Assembly (NCBI RefSeq): GCF_009914755.1
Contig: NC_060926.1
DNA: 64,000 bases
Reading direction: 5' to 3' (one strand)
DNA from: the human T2T-CHM13v2.0 reference genome, Homo sapiens
Shown here: positions 1-12,161 of the stretch, piece after piece
Position numbering within the stretch: the stretch's first letter is position 1
Layout: every line of letters starts with the position of its first letter
Made by a program: the position numbers and the translations under genes
The notes under the pieces: generated by a model
Seen by the model: the letters and a program-made list of their open reading frames with translations, nothing else
The model's database searches: none
What the model was told of the DNA's origin: nothing

Positions 1-788
1 CCTGCTACTAAACAAAGCCCCAGCGTGGAGCTGAGTACTTGGTCCTTTGAAATAACCTTCTCTGAGCTATTGGAAAAAACAGTCTGGTGCAAAGAACAAA
101 GGCTTCGGGACCAGGCTGACCTTGATTCCCACTCTCACCATTCATTCTGTTACACTGGATGGATTGCTTACCTCCCTGAGCTGGGAAGTAATGCCTCCCT
201 CCAGGACTGGTGTGGACTAGAGGTAACACAGGCTTCCTGTCCCGGCCAGAAGAGGTGCATAGTCACTGTGCCCCTTCCTCCTGGCCCCTTCCCTGCCCTC
301 TCCCCTGCTGTCCTCCAGGACTCCACTGCCTGCTCTCCAGAAACACCTGTGGGCTCTGCTCATCTGACTGACAAGTTATGGGGAACAAAAGACTCCATCT
401 AGCTGGAGGTGGCCCAAAGGACATTGGATTCCCTTCGGGCTGCCAACACCAGCCTCAGGTACCCCAAGCCCAAGGAGAACTGACAGGGACAAGCTGAAGA
501 GGGCCCCACATGGATCTGGGGACCCAGCATCCCAGCTATGAGAGAGATCAGGCTTCCAGGCTAGGCTGGTGTGAGGGTGCAGAGGCAGGTCAGGCGCCCG
601 GGCAGGGGCTCCTGGTTCAGACCTTGCACTTCTGTCTGAAAGAAAGCCAGCCCCCCAGGGTGCAGGGAGTGAGGTTGCTCAGTCCTGAGTGTAGCCGACG
701 GGCAGCAGTGAGGGAGGGCTCCTCCCTCTGGGTACATCCTCTGAAAGTGCTGCCTTGTCAACATTTCTAAAGGTAATGTATTGACATG

Positions 789-1245
789 GATTTTTTTTAT
801 ACTTTCATATATATGTTCTGGGATCCATGTGCAGAACATGCAGGTTTGTTACATAGGTATACACGTGCCATGGTGGTTTGCTGCACCCATCAACCCCCTT
901 CATCTACATTAGGTATTTCTCCTAATGCTATCTCTCCCCTAGCTCCCCACTCCCGACAGGCCCTCGTGTGTGATGTTCCCCTCCTTGTGTCCATGTGTTC
1001 TCATTGTTCATCTCCCACTTATGAGTGAGAACATGTGGTGTTTGGTTTTCTGTTCCTGCGTTAGTTTGCTGAGAATGATGGTTTCCAGCTTCATCCATGT
1101 CCCTGCAAAGGACATGAGCTCATCCTTTTTTATGGCTGCATAGTATTCCGTGGTGTATATGTGCCACATTTCCTTTATCCAGTCTATCATTGATGGGCAT
1201 TTGGGTTGGTTCCATGCCTTTGCTATTGTGAACAGTGCCTCAATA
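789..1245 (-). mobile_element. 5'-truncated primate L1 (older L1PA) 3' end
   Basis: Poly-T at about 790 followed by L1 3'UTR sequence. ORF 1008-1190 translates to the ORF2 C-terminus (MIDWIKEMWHIYTTEYYAAIKKDE...), homologous to the L1HS in this window. Confidence 0.93.
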
Positions 1246-1472
1246 GAAGATTTGATTCAAAAACATTTTAGGAAATAACACAGTGTGAAGCGGGAGGTTG
1301 AGAAGGGCAGAGAAGACAGCTGAAGGAATGGGCTTTCTTGCAGCTGGTGCACTGGGTCCCCCGCCACAGTCAGTCTCCTGATGAAAACAGCTCACACTCA
1401 GGGACACCAGGCACCTCTGTAAGTGACTGGCATAAACCCCACGGTCCTGACAGCAACCTCCTGAGGCAGGAT

Positions 1473-1932
1473 TGCTACAGGGCAGGGAACCCTAAAGTGG
1501 AGCTTAGCCTGCTGGGTTCTTGGCTTTGCCCAGGAAAGAATTCAAGGGCAAGCCAGGGGTAGAAGGAAACAGCTTTATTGAAGAGGCAGTGTTACAGCCC
1601 CGTGACTGCTCCTGCAGAGCAGGGCTACCCCGTAGGCAGAGAGTAGCAGCTTGGGGAGTTTTGCAGTTATATTTGTACTCACTTTTACTTGCATGCATAT
1701 TAAGGGGTTATGCAGAAATTGTTAGGGAAGGGGTAGTAATCATTGGATCATATTGCTATGGAAAGGGGCGGTAAAGCCCAGGTGTCGCCATGGCAACAGT
1801 GAATTGACATGGCACACTCGTGGGCATGTCTGATTGAAAGCTGCCTCTGCCCTGGTACCTGTTTTAGCTAGTCCTCAATCTGGTCCGGTGTCCTAGCCCT
1901 GCCTCTAGAGTTGAGTCCTGCCTCTTACCTCA
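1473..1932 (-). mobile_element. ERV1-class solo LTR (MER66/LTR29-like) inserted into a MIR
   Basis: TG...CA termini; AATAAA on the minus strand (tttatt at about 1574); flanks ggat/gtat resemble a 4-bp TSD. The MIR core is split around it (caacctcctgaggcagg | tattatt...cagatgaggaaactgaggcacagag). Subfamily from memory. Confidence 0.7.
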
Positions 1933-1990
1933 GTATTATTTCCATAACCCTTGCTTTGCAGATGAGGAAACTGAGGCACAGAGAGTTTCC
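1933..1990 (-). mobile_element. MIR SINE fragment (remainder of the LTR-interrupted copy)
   Basis: MIR core gcagatgaggaaactgaggcacagagag. Confidence 0.8.
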
Positions 1991-4900
1991 TACAGCCTAC
2001 TGGAAGCACAGAAAGACTCACTTAAACCTTATAGCACTGACCCTGAAGCCCCCTGGGGTGCCCACCATGCCCTCTACCCTTCGGGGTTAGGATCTGTGGG
2101 TATGTGCCCTGCTGGTCTCTTGGCTGGGCAGGGCCAACTGGGCAGCCTTCCTCACAGCCACAGCCACAGCCATGAGGCTTGGGCCAGGTGCTGGGCCTGA
2201 AAGCTCATTGAGCCTCACTGCTTTTCTTGCAAATGGGGGTGCCACGGAGGCCCAGAGAGCAAGGGGGTGGTCCCAGGTAAGAAGACAATCAGAGCAGAGT
2301 GTGCGCAGCCCCAGAACCTGGCCCATCTGCATCTCTTTCCTCTGAGCCCTGACCAGAGGCAACGTCCCGTGAGCAGACAACTGGCCTTTCTTACCTCAGG
2401 AACTTTGGAGACAGAGAAATATTTCTAAGCCTTTAAAAGAAAATTCTTAAATCCATATTTATGATTTGCAGTCGCAACTAAAAAAGAATAACACCAACTG
2501 TTAGATCAATGGAACTGATTTGGAGGAGGAAATATGTATATATTACAAAAAGCCAGTCATCTCCATTTGCTTCTGAGATTTTGACAAGGAAAGTATTTAA
2601 TGACTGCACCGAACTCCTGTGACTGATCACATGGAGGCACGGCCCAGCAGCCTGAGTTCAGCTCTCAGCACTCAAATGAGCCAGGAAGAGCAGAACATGC
2701 TTCAGTACAAATGACAGAAGCCGGCCGTAGGCAGGCAGCTGGGAACCCCCACCTCCGACACAAGTGTGTGTCATTTCTCTCCGCCGTGAGTGCAAAGGAG
2801 GAGCCCAGCCTGCCCCGGTGTCCTTCCTGCAGGTCCCTTGGTATGAGGAAGCAGGGGTACTGGGCACCTCACTCAGAAAAAACTTCCTGAGCTTGTTCTT
2901 TCTGATCATAAGCATGACACATGCTTATTACACAAAATGAAAATAATTCATAAAGGTTCAAATAAAAATGTAAATCTAACCACACAGAGACAATGAATCA
3001 TCGCTCTCGTGTTGGGGAACATCATTCCAGATTTTCCTGGGCACATATGGTTTTATGGGGAGCAGACAATACTCCTGGTCTGCAAGCCAAGAAGGGAAGG
3101 GACCCAGCTGAGCTGTGGTCTCCCATGGGAAGCGGGTGGCAGGGGGACCCCTGGCTGGGGGCTACTGGGTGCCCAGCCCCACACTACCTCCTCTGCAGCC
3201 ACTGCCTCACTTGTTCTCACAACACCCTCTAGGGCATGGATTACTGTCCTCACCTTCATGTCAAGAAATTAACCCCAGATTCTTGGCAGAGTTGGGATTT
3301 AAGCCTGGACGGCAGACAGGGAAGCTGCCGTTAGAGGTTGGGAAGGTCCCTGGGGAGGAGTGGGCAGCGGGGGGCTGCTTTGCAGGCACGGAGAGGCCTA
3401 GCCAGCCCAGGAGGTCCTCTGCACTGACGCCCCTGTCACAGAACCGAGCCTCTCGGAACACTGCAGCTGCAAGATCAAACCTCAAATTGGGCAGAATAAG
3501 TCCTTAAAGATGGTTTTCTCTGGTGATTACACTGGCTGGTGAGCAAACCTTATTAGTAATTAGCTTGCCAAAGATAGCAGCCCCTCAGAGAGCAGAAGAC
3601 ACGGTAATTACTGCAGCCAGCCTTTCTAACTATTTCCAGCAGAAATCAACACCAAGCCCCTGGGACTGCTGGGGACAGTTTTAAATTCTGGAGCGGAGGC
3701 CCAGGACTCTGCTGCACATTCTCTGTGTGACCAAGCATGCCTCCCTCTTTGCCATGACCAAGCACATCCCTCTCTTTGAGACTCTTTTCTCTCATCCGTT
3801 CAACAGTGATAACAACTCGCCTTCATTACTGCACTTCATTCATAGCTATGTGGCTTCATGCTCATGTGAACTACTAGATGGTGGTGGTGGGGTTGGGCAT
3901 AGAGGGGCAGCTTTGCTGACATGGAGACGTTAGAGGTGAACCACAGGGGACCCGTCAAGCAGAGGACGAAGGGAGTGCATCTGAGGACGGGGCCTAGTGC
4001 GGAGCCACATCAGCAGGGGCCATGCCCTGAAGGCCTGGGGCCTCACTCCTGGAGTATGAGCCTTGTCCTGACAGCTGCCAGGAGTTACTGGATTGTCTAA
4101 AGCAGGAATGGACAAGTCAGATAATTGCCGAAAAGGAAAACTCTGAAGATAGGGCACTAATGGCCTGGGAGAGGAGAAATGGACAACAGGAGACCAGTTA
4201 GGGGCCATGGCAGGGATTCAGGGGGGCTGTCAAGGGTGTGCAGCCCCCTACAGACCTGCCAGTGGTGACAAGAACAAGGGTGAGGCTGACTGTATCAAGG
4301 GCAGAAGGGGACATCATTCGCATGCGGCCTTTGAGGATGTGTTGGGGTGCCTGGTGTGGAGTTGGTGGGGAGGACACCGGGAGAGGAAACGAGGTGGGAA
4401 CCGGGGAGGGCAAGGGATTGGGCTGCTCTGCTGAGAGGAGTGAGGTCTCTGGTCAACGGGCAATGCCAGCCCCCAAGAGTCTTCTTTGGGTTGTTGTGAG
4501 AAGGAAGAGGCTTGGGCATGGCATGGCTACAGGTAAGGGGCCATCCGGCACACTCAGAGCACACTGGGGCTGGGGTAGATGGTGGCACCTGTCTTGGCTG
4601 GAGGAGTTGGGAGGGCTGGGGAAGGGACGTGTGATCTCCTCTCCGATAAACCTGGACGAGATGCCAAGTATAACACAGAGGCTGGCGGCGGGGCCTCCTC
4701 CTGTTCCCGGTGGATCAACTCATTGTGGGACTTTGGGCAACTTTCATTGCTGTTTGGGTTCCGGCTTCCAGAGCTGGCTCTCAATGACCTCGAGGTCCAT
4801 GACTCTGGCTCAGTGGAATGGCCCAGGCTTAGTGATAACTTCTGAGCCTGGAGGACCTGGGGCAGATGGATGGGCTGGGCAGGCTCTCTCTTAGTGCTTG

Positions 4901-5499
4901 CCTGAGTTCCTCCAGGAAGGTAGAAGTGCCCACACTCTGTAAGTGAGGAAACCAGGGTCCAGGCAGACATGCCCAAGGCTGCCCCATGGTGAGTGGCAGA
5001 GCTGGGCTTCCGCTCAGGCCTGCCTGGCCCCACTGCTCACACCCTCCCTACACAGGAGCATCATGAGAACCAGTGCACCCACCTGGAAAGGAAGACCTTG
5101 CATTTGATTTGTTTAAAATGTAAAACTATATCATGTGATTTTCCAGGTGAAATAGATCTTTCAAGGACTCCTCCGCTACTTCTGCCTTGCCTAAGCTTAT
5201 GTCCCTTCTATTAGAAGCAGAGATCAGCTTGTCAAGACCAGGGGAAAGTGATTTTAAAATTCCCAGATTGGCTCCTGCCTCAAATACACACAGCTTTTAT
5301 TATGACCTAGCCAAAAAGAAAAAATGTAGTAAAAGTGCTAATAGATTACAACATGAAGTGACCAAGTCTATTCAAATGACCACTTTAGCCAGTGGGCTCA
5401 GAGATGGTGTCTGAAAATGGAATTGCAATGTAGAACCTTAAATATCTCATGAATCCCCCTAGTTTGTGCTTGGCTCATAAACACTGCACAAATAACATT

Positions 5500-5795
5500 G
5501 GCTGGATGGCTGGGTGGATGGATGGATGGATGGATGGATAAGTGAATGGATGAATGGATGGATAGGTATACGTTTGGGTGGCTGGGTGGCTGGGTGGATG
5601 GATGGATGGATGGGTAAAGGGATGGGTGGATGGATGGATAAGTGGAGAAATGGATGGGTGGGTGAGTGGGTGAATGTCTGTATGGATGGATAGATGAGTG
5701 TGGGTGGGTGGATGTATATATGGATGGATGGATGTTTGGGTAGATGGGTGAGTGGGTGGATGGATGGATGGATGGATGGTTGGATGGATGGATGA
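5500..5795. repeat. Degenerate (TGGA/TGGG)n simple repeat
   Basis: Directly visible; it generates the HPSI-rich spurious ORFs. Confidence 0.95.
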
Positions 5796-5845
5796 ACACA
5801 TAAAATGCCCTCCCTCTCTTCTTTCAACTATCTAAATTCAAGATC

Positions 5846-6534
<689 letters not shown>

Positions 6535-8565
6535 ACATCTAACCTCAGAGATCCATCCTCTTCCAGGAAACCCTTCCCGACTATTCTGTCCCACAAAACT
6601 GTCTCCCACATGAACAATCCTCTCTTCTATATCACCCCTCTCAGAGGAGCAGATTACCTATGGTTGCTCTTTGGAAAAGACCCCAACATAGTTGGAGTCT
6701 TGTTTTCTGTACTAGACCATGAGCTCCCAGAGGTTGAGGCCCTATCTGTGTCTCTGCCTCCCTACCGCACTTGGCCAGGGTCTCACATGGTGTCTGCTGG
6801 GTAAGTGAGGAGTGAGGGGTGGGCACTGCTGCCACCTGGACTGGGTTGGTGAAATGCCACCACAGCAGGGGAGATGGGAACAAGGCAATGTGTCCCAGTC
6901 ATACTGCACTCAGCCAGTCAGCTGCCATGGAATCTCCCTCCTCAGGAGCCTCCCTGTACTGGATACCAGGATAAAGAAACTTTATTTGCCAAGAAGCGGC
7001 ATCTCAGTCTCTTCTAGCCTGGTTTCCTCAGGGCAATTCATTGTCTTTTGGGTAAGTGCTCAGACTTCCAGGCATCCCCCATCTCTGACTGCTCTTCCTC
7101 TGAGATGTGGGTTGTGGGTGTGATTGTGTGTGTGTCTGGGAGCGTGGAGGCTTGTGTGGTCCCCTGGACATGTGGATGGGTCCTTTGCTCTTCTTTGGTG
7201 TGGGTGCCCAGATTGCCCTTGCTCAGGCCCTGGCTTTGTGAGTGCCCACTTGACCCTTCAGGGTACCCAATGCTGGATGAGATGTGGCCATGCATCCATT
7301 CTGCCCCCAGGCCTTGGGAATTTTTGGGTCCTCTGCAGTACTCACAGGTGTCAACACATCATCTGCCAGCCTGGACACCTCTCTCCTGAGAGCCACACTC
7401 TAGCAGCTGCACACCAAGAGGCGGGTGCATTCACTCCCAGGCCAGAGGCCACAGCCACCCAGGGATGTGGGTGCGAAGACTGTGATGTGTACAGGTTTCC
7501 TAGGCTCAGACATGGGAGGTGGCTTAGCCAAGACTACACAACCAGAGAGAAAGACCCAGAACCGACTCCAGTACCTGGGTTGTTTCTAGCTGCCAGAGTA
7601 ATGCTTTTCCTGAGTCTATGAAGCCACCCGGGCTTAGGGCTTACCACACTGAACATCTGTTTGCAGCATCAGGCATGGAAACCACGCTGGGTCAATGCCA
7701 ACTTTCGTGCTGTTTGGCTGGGCAGTAAGGACAGAATCCCCAGTTCCCACCCTCCAAGGTGCAGAATCTGGCCCAGAGGAACAAGCTGCCCACACAAAAG
7801 AATGAAAACAGACACGGCAGTAGCTGAGCTCAGGGTGGTGAGGGGAGGGGATAGGAGGACATGCTCAGTGTGGGATTGCATCTCCAGAAAGTGGGGTGCA
7901 CAAGGCAGGTTTATACCTCCAGGAGCTGCAGCCAGCTTTTATGCTGGAAAAAACTCCCCTCCCCCTGCAGCAGCCATCCTGAGGAATCCACAGTTCCCGG
8001 AAGGGCTGAGCGCCCTTTCAGCTCCACATCTCTGAGGCCCAGGTACCTGTGCTGAAGCTCTGACCTGGAAGACGAAGCTGAAAAAGTGGCTGGAGCAGGC
8101 AGGCATAAGCCTGGTGGCAGGGAATTGTCCCTGCAGAATCCTGTCTTCCCAGGGAGCCTCAGCCTTCCCTCCTGGCTCAAGGAGGGGCTGATTTAACTAC
8201 AGATTGCTTGCTTAAGAACCACCAGTTGCCTCTTGCTGGGACCAGAGACCTGAGACCTATGGTGGAACACATCCCCAAACCTCAGCATATGTGGAGGCCC
8301 AGAGAGGAGAAGTCACATTTCCAAGGTCACACAGCAGGATACTAGCCCAGATCTTTGCTTTTTCTCTAGCTTTTCTACAGCTTAGTGCGTTTGCTCAGAT
8401 GCTCCAATGCTCCTTATTGGATTTTATTCCCAAAGGAATCTTATGAGGTAAACAGAGTGGAGAGAATGGGTGTGAAGCTATACTGCTGTGATCATTGATG
8501 ATAATAAATGATAATGTCAGTAGTCAGAGCTAACTGGTGCCAAGGGTGGACCCTGTACCCTCACA

Positions 8566-8637
8566 ATGTGGCTGTGGATGTGGATGTGGTTGTGGTTGTG
8601 GGTGTGGTTGCGGTTGTGGTTGTGGATTTTGGATGTG
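8566..8637. repeat. Short degenerate (GTGGAT/GTGGTT)n hexamer tract in a MIR
   Basis: About 12 units; followed by the MIR motif gctttacatgcattctctcatttag. Confidence 0.9.
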
Positions 8638-9282
8638 CTTTACATGCATTCTCTCATTTAGTTCCTATTAGCACCAACCTAATATAACAGCCCTGAAGAT
8701 GTAGGTTCCAATTTGCCAGTGAGGAAGGAGGCACAGAAGTCACTACTACACTCCCTGCCATCATCTACATGATAATTCAGAGAGCCCAGGAAATCTGAAG
8801 CTCTCCTTCAATGATGTCTAGGGTCTGCCCCATGAGGAAGATTCTAGAAACTAAGGCAGCAGGGCTTCCAGTGGCCACTTTGAATGGCTGTTAAACACTG
8901 GTTAGTATTCCCAGCCCTCTGTAGCAGTCTGACTTCCAGGAGTGGGTAAAGAGGGGATAGGGACAGGGCAGATGTGACAGGGGCCAGCAGCAGGGAAGGT
9001 GTGGTTAAGAGGAGAAGCCTCAGGGCAGGAGAGATTGAGCCCTATTCTCAGCATCTTAGATTTGATTGGTGGCACATCCAGGCTGAAGGGTCCAGCCAAA
9101 CTCTGAAGCCAGGGGTTGGAGGACAGAAGAGTGAGAAGATGTGTGCAAGCATGGGCCAAATAGTCACCAAGACCCGCCAGGTGCCCAGCACTATGCCAGT
9201 GAAGGGAGGAGAAAGAAGTTCAAGGAACCAGAACATATGATGCTTGCCCACTGGCATTTTCTATCAAAGAGAAAACATGTGT

Positions 9283-10692
9283 GTAGATGTGGATGTGGAT
9301 GTGGATGTGGATGTGGATGTGGATGTGGATGTGGATGTGGTTGTGGATGTGGATGTGGATGTGGGTGTGGGTGTGGGTGTGGTTGTGGGTGTGGATGTGG
9401 ATGTGGTTGTGGATGTGGATGTGGATGTGGATGTGGTTGTGGATGTGGATGTGGTTGTGGATGTGGATGTGGTTGTGGATGTGGTTGTGGATGTGGATGT
9501 GGATGTGGTTGTGGATGTGGTTGTGGATGTGGATGTGGTTGTGGATGTGGATGTGGATGTGGTTGTGGATGTGGATGTGGATGTGGTTGTGGATGTGGAT
9601 GTGGATGTGGTTGTGGATGTGGATGTGGTTGTGGATGTGGATGTGGTTGTGGTTGTGGTTGTGGATGTGGATGTGGTTGTGGATGTGGTTGTGGATGTGG
9701 ATGTGGTTGTGGATGTGGATGTGGATGTGGATGTGGTTGTGGATGTGGATGTGGATGTGGTTGTGGATGTGGTTGTGGATGTAGTTGTGGATGTGGATGT
9801 GGATGTGGTTGTGGATGTGGATGTGGATGTGGTTGTGGATGTGGATGTGGTTGTGGATGTGGATGTGGATGTGGATGTGGTTGTGGATGTGGATGTGGAT
9901 GTGGTTGTGGATGTGGATGTGGATGTGGATGTGGTTGTGGATGTGGATGTGGATGTGGATGTGGATGTGGTTGTGGATGTGGATGTGGATGTGGATGTGG
10001 TTGTGGATGTGGATGTGGTTGTGGATGTGGATGTGGATGTTCTTGTGGATGTGGATGTGGATGTGGTTGTGGATGTGGATGTGGATGTGGATGTGGTTGT
10101 GGATGTGGATGTGGTTGTGGATGTGGTTGTGGATGTGGATGTGGATGTGGATTTGGATGTGGTTGTGGATGTGGATGTGGTTGTGGATGTGGATGTGGAT
10201 GTGGATGTGGTTGTGGATGTGGATGTGGATGTGGTTGTGGATGTGGATGTGGATGTGGTTGTGGTTGTGGATGTGGATGTGGATGTGGTTGTGGATGTGG
10301 ATGTGGTTGTGGATGTGGTTGTGGATGTGGATGTGGTTGTGGATGTGGATGTGGATGTGGTTGTGGATGTGGATGTGGTTGTGGATGTGGATGTGGATGT
10401 GGAAGTGGTTGTGGATGTGGATGTGGATGTGGATGTGGTTGTGGATGTGGTTGTGTATGTGGATGTGGATGTGGTTGTGGATGTGGTTGTGGATGTGGAT
10501 GTGGATGTGGATGTGGTTGTGGATGTGGATGTGATTGTGGATGTGGATGTGGATGTGGTTGTGGATGTGGATGTGGATGTGGTTGTGGATGTGGTTGTGG
10601 ATGTGGTTGTGGATGTGGATGTGGATGTGGTTGTGGATGTGGATGTGGATGTGGATGTGGATGTTGTTGTGGATGTGGTTGTGGATGTGGAT
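9283..10692. repeat. 1410-bp tandem hexamer array of 235 units (GTGGAT majority, about 60 GTGGTT)
   Basis: Counted by eye; the 6-bp register is unbroken from 9283 to 10692, with only substitution variants (GTGGGT, GTAGAT, GTAGTT, GTTCTT, TTGGAT, GTGGAA, GTGTAT, GTGATT, GTTGTT). Confidence 0.98.
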
Positions 10693-10694
10693 GT

Positions 10695-10890
10695 ACCATG
10701 TTCCAAATGGTGCTTGTTATTTTCTGTACTCACTACCTGTAGCCCTCACAGGAATCTTGAAAGGCAGGAAACGTAAGATTGTTCCCATTTCACAGGCTCC
10801 ATCTGGATAAGTAACTTGCCTAAGCCTACACAGCTGAAAGGGAGTGGGGCCAGGGTTCATAATCAAATCTGTTTCATCCAGAAGCCCCTA
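10695..10890 (-). mobile_element. MIR SINE abutting the hexamer array
   Basis: Motifs cccatttcacag, aagtaacttgcctaagcctacacagct and gccagggttcata match the MIR core. Confidence 0.7.
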
Positions 10891-11150
10891 CTTTCTCCCT
10901 TGCTCTTTGATGTCTGTGTCTTTATTAAATATCAAGACAAATAATGTTATGAAAAGCAGCATACAAGTTCAAAGAAGGGAGGGATGGTAGGGTAGGGTCT
11001 CCTCTGGTGGGGGTATCGGATTTGGTCAAGAGGTGGGGGCAAAGCTCTCAGATGGGGAACCAACAGTGGCAGGACTTTGAAGTGTGGCTGCCCAAGGTGG
11101 GTTGACAGGAAGAAGATCATCCCTGCAGCCTGCAGAGTGCAGAAACCTGC

Positions 11151-11432
11151 TGGGGCCCCACCCACATGTCTCCTGCAGGCTTTAGGGCCCAAGGGCCAAA
11201 GCCATCTGCCACCACCTGTACCTCTTTGTCCTGGGCTTTCTGTGCCCTCTGGGATGCATTTACCACTTGGAGGGGAGGTGAGAATTTCATGGGAGTTAAG
11301 CCCATCTGGGAGCAGTTCTCAATGAATGGCAAATGGCAGTTGGTGTGTGTACACCCCAGCTCCTCATGCTTCGATATCTCCAAAATTTACAGGGCTTCCC
11401 CAATGGGGTTAGGGTCCTGCCACCCAGTGTGG
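11151..11432 (+). repeat. 282-bp direct repeat, copy 1 (donor)
   Basis: Identical to 12354-12635 except C11372 versus G12575. Confidence 0.97.
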
Positions 11433-11513
11433 GGACTGTCTTGATGACACTCCCTTTCCCGGCACCTCCCCTGTCTCAACTCCTGCCTTCTGTTCTAGTG
11501 TCCCTTCACTTCC

Positions 11514-12161
11514 TGATATAGTTGAGATCAAGCTAGTCCAACCCGTGGCCTGTGGGCTTCACGTGGTCCAGGACAGCTTTGAAGGTGGCCCAACAAAAAT
11601 CCATAAACTTTCTTAAACATGATGAGTTTCTTTTGTGATATATTTATTTATTTATTTTTAGCTCATCAGCTCTCATTACACTTAGTGTATCTTATGTGTG
11701 GTCCAAGACAATTCTTCTTCATCCAGTATGGCCCTGGGAATCCTAAAGATTGGATACCCCTGGTTTAGATGTTTGTCACATCCAAATCTCATGTTGAAAT
11801 GTGACTTCCAATGTTAGAGGTGGGGCCTAGTGGGAGGTATTTGGGTCATGGGGCAGATCCCTCATGAATGGCTGGGTGCTGTCCTTGCAGTAATGAGGAA
11901 GTTCTCACTCTGAGATCTGGTGGCTTAAATGAGCCTGGCATCTCCCCTGCCTTCTTCTGCTCCTTCTTTCGCCATGTGACACACTGGTTCCCCTTCACCT
12001 TCTGTCACCATGATCATAGGCTTCCGGAGACCTTACCAGGAGCAGACGCTGGCCCTCTGTTTCCTGTCCAGCCTGCAGAATGTGGACCAATTAAACCTCT
12101 TTTCTTTATAAATTACCCAGTCTCAGGTGTTCTTTTATAACAACACAAACAGACTAACACA
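11514..12161 (+). mobile_element. MaLR MSTB-like solo LTR containing a MER30
   Basis: tgatatagt...ccaaatctcatgttgaaatgtga...cagactaacaca; flanks cttcc/cctcc (5-bp TSD). Confidence 0.85.
11529..11762. mobile_element. MER30-like hAT-Charlie DNA transposon
   Basis: Termini caagctagtccaacc...gattggatacccctg; hAT-type 8-bp TSD gttgagat/gtttagat. Confidence 0.85.

Noticed and set aside
3728-3778. 27-bp imperfect tandem duplication (tgaccaagca...ctcttt)
   Set aside because: Ordinary slippage product with no further structure.
5398-5827. HPSI-rich ORFs
   Set aside because: They are translations of the (TCCA)n simple repeat.
9283-10692. CRISPR-like or telomeric array
   Set aside because: There are no spacers, and the unit is GTGGAT/GTGGTT, not TTAGGG.
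9141-10776. 500-aa poly-CG, poly-VD and poly-TS ORFs as annotated protein-coding genes
   Set aside because: They follow automatically from a stop-free hexamer. With no exon structure or homology, they are kept only as a hypothesis in the findings.
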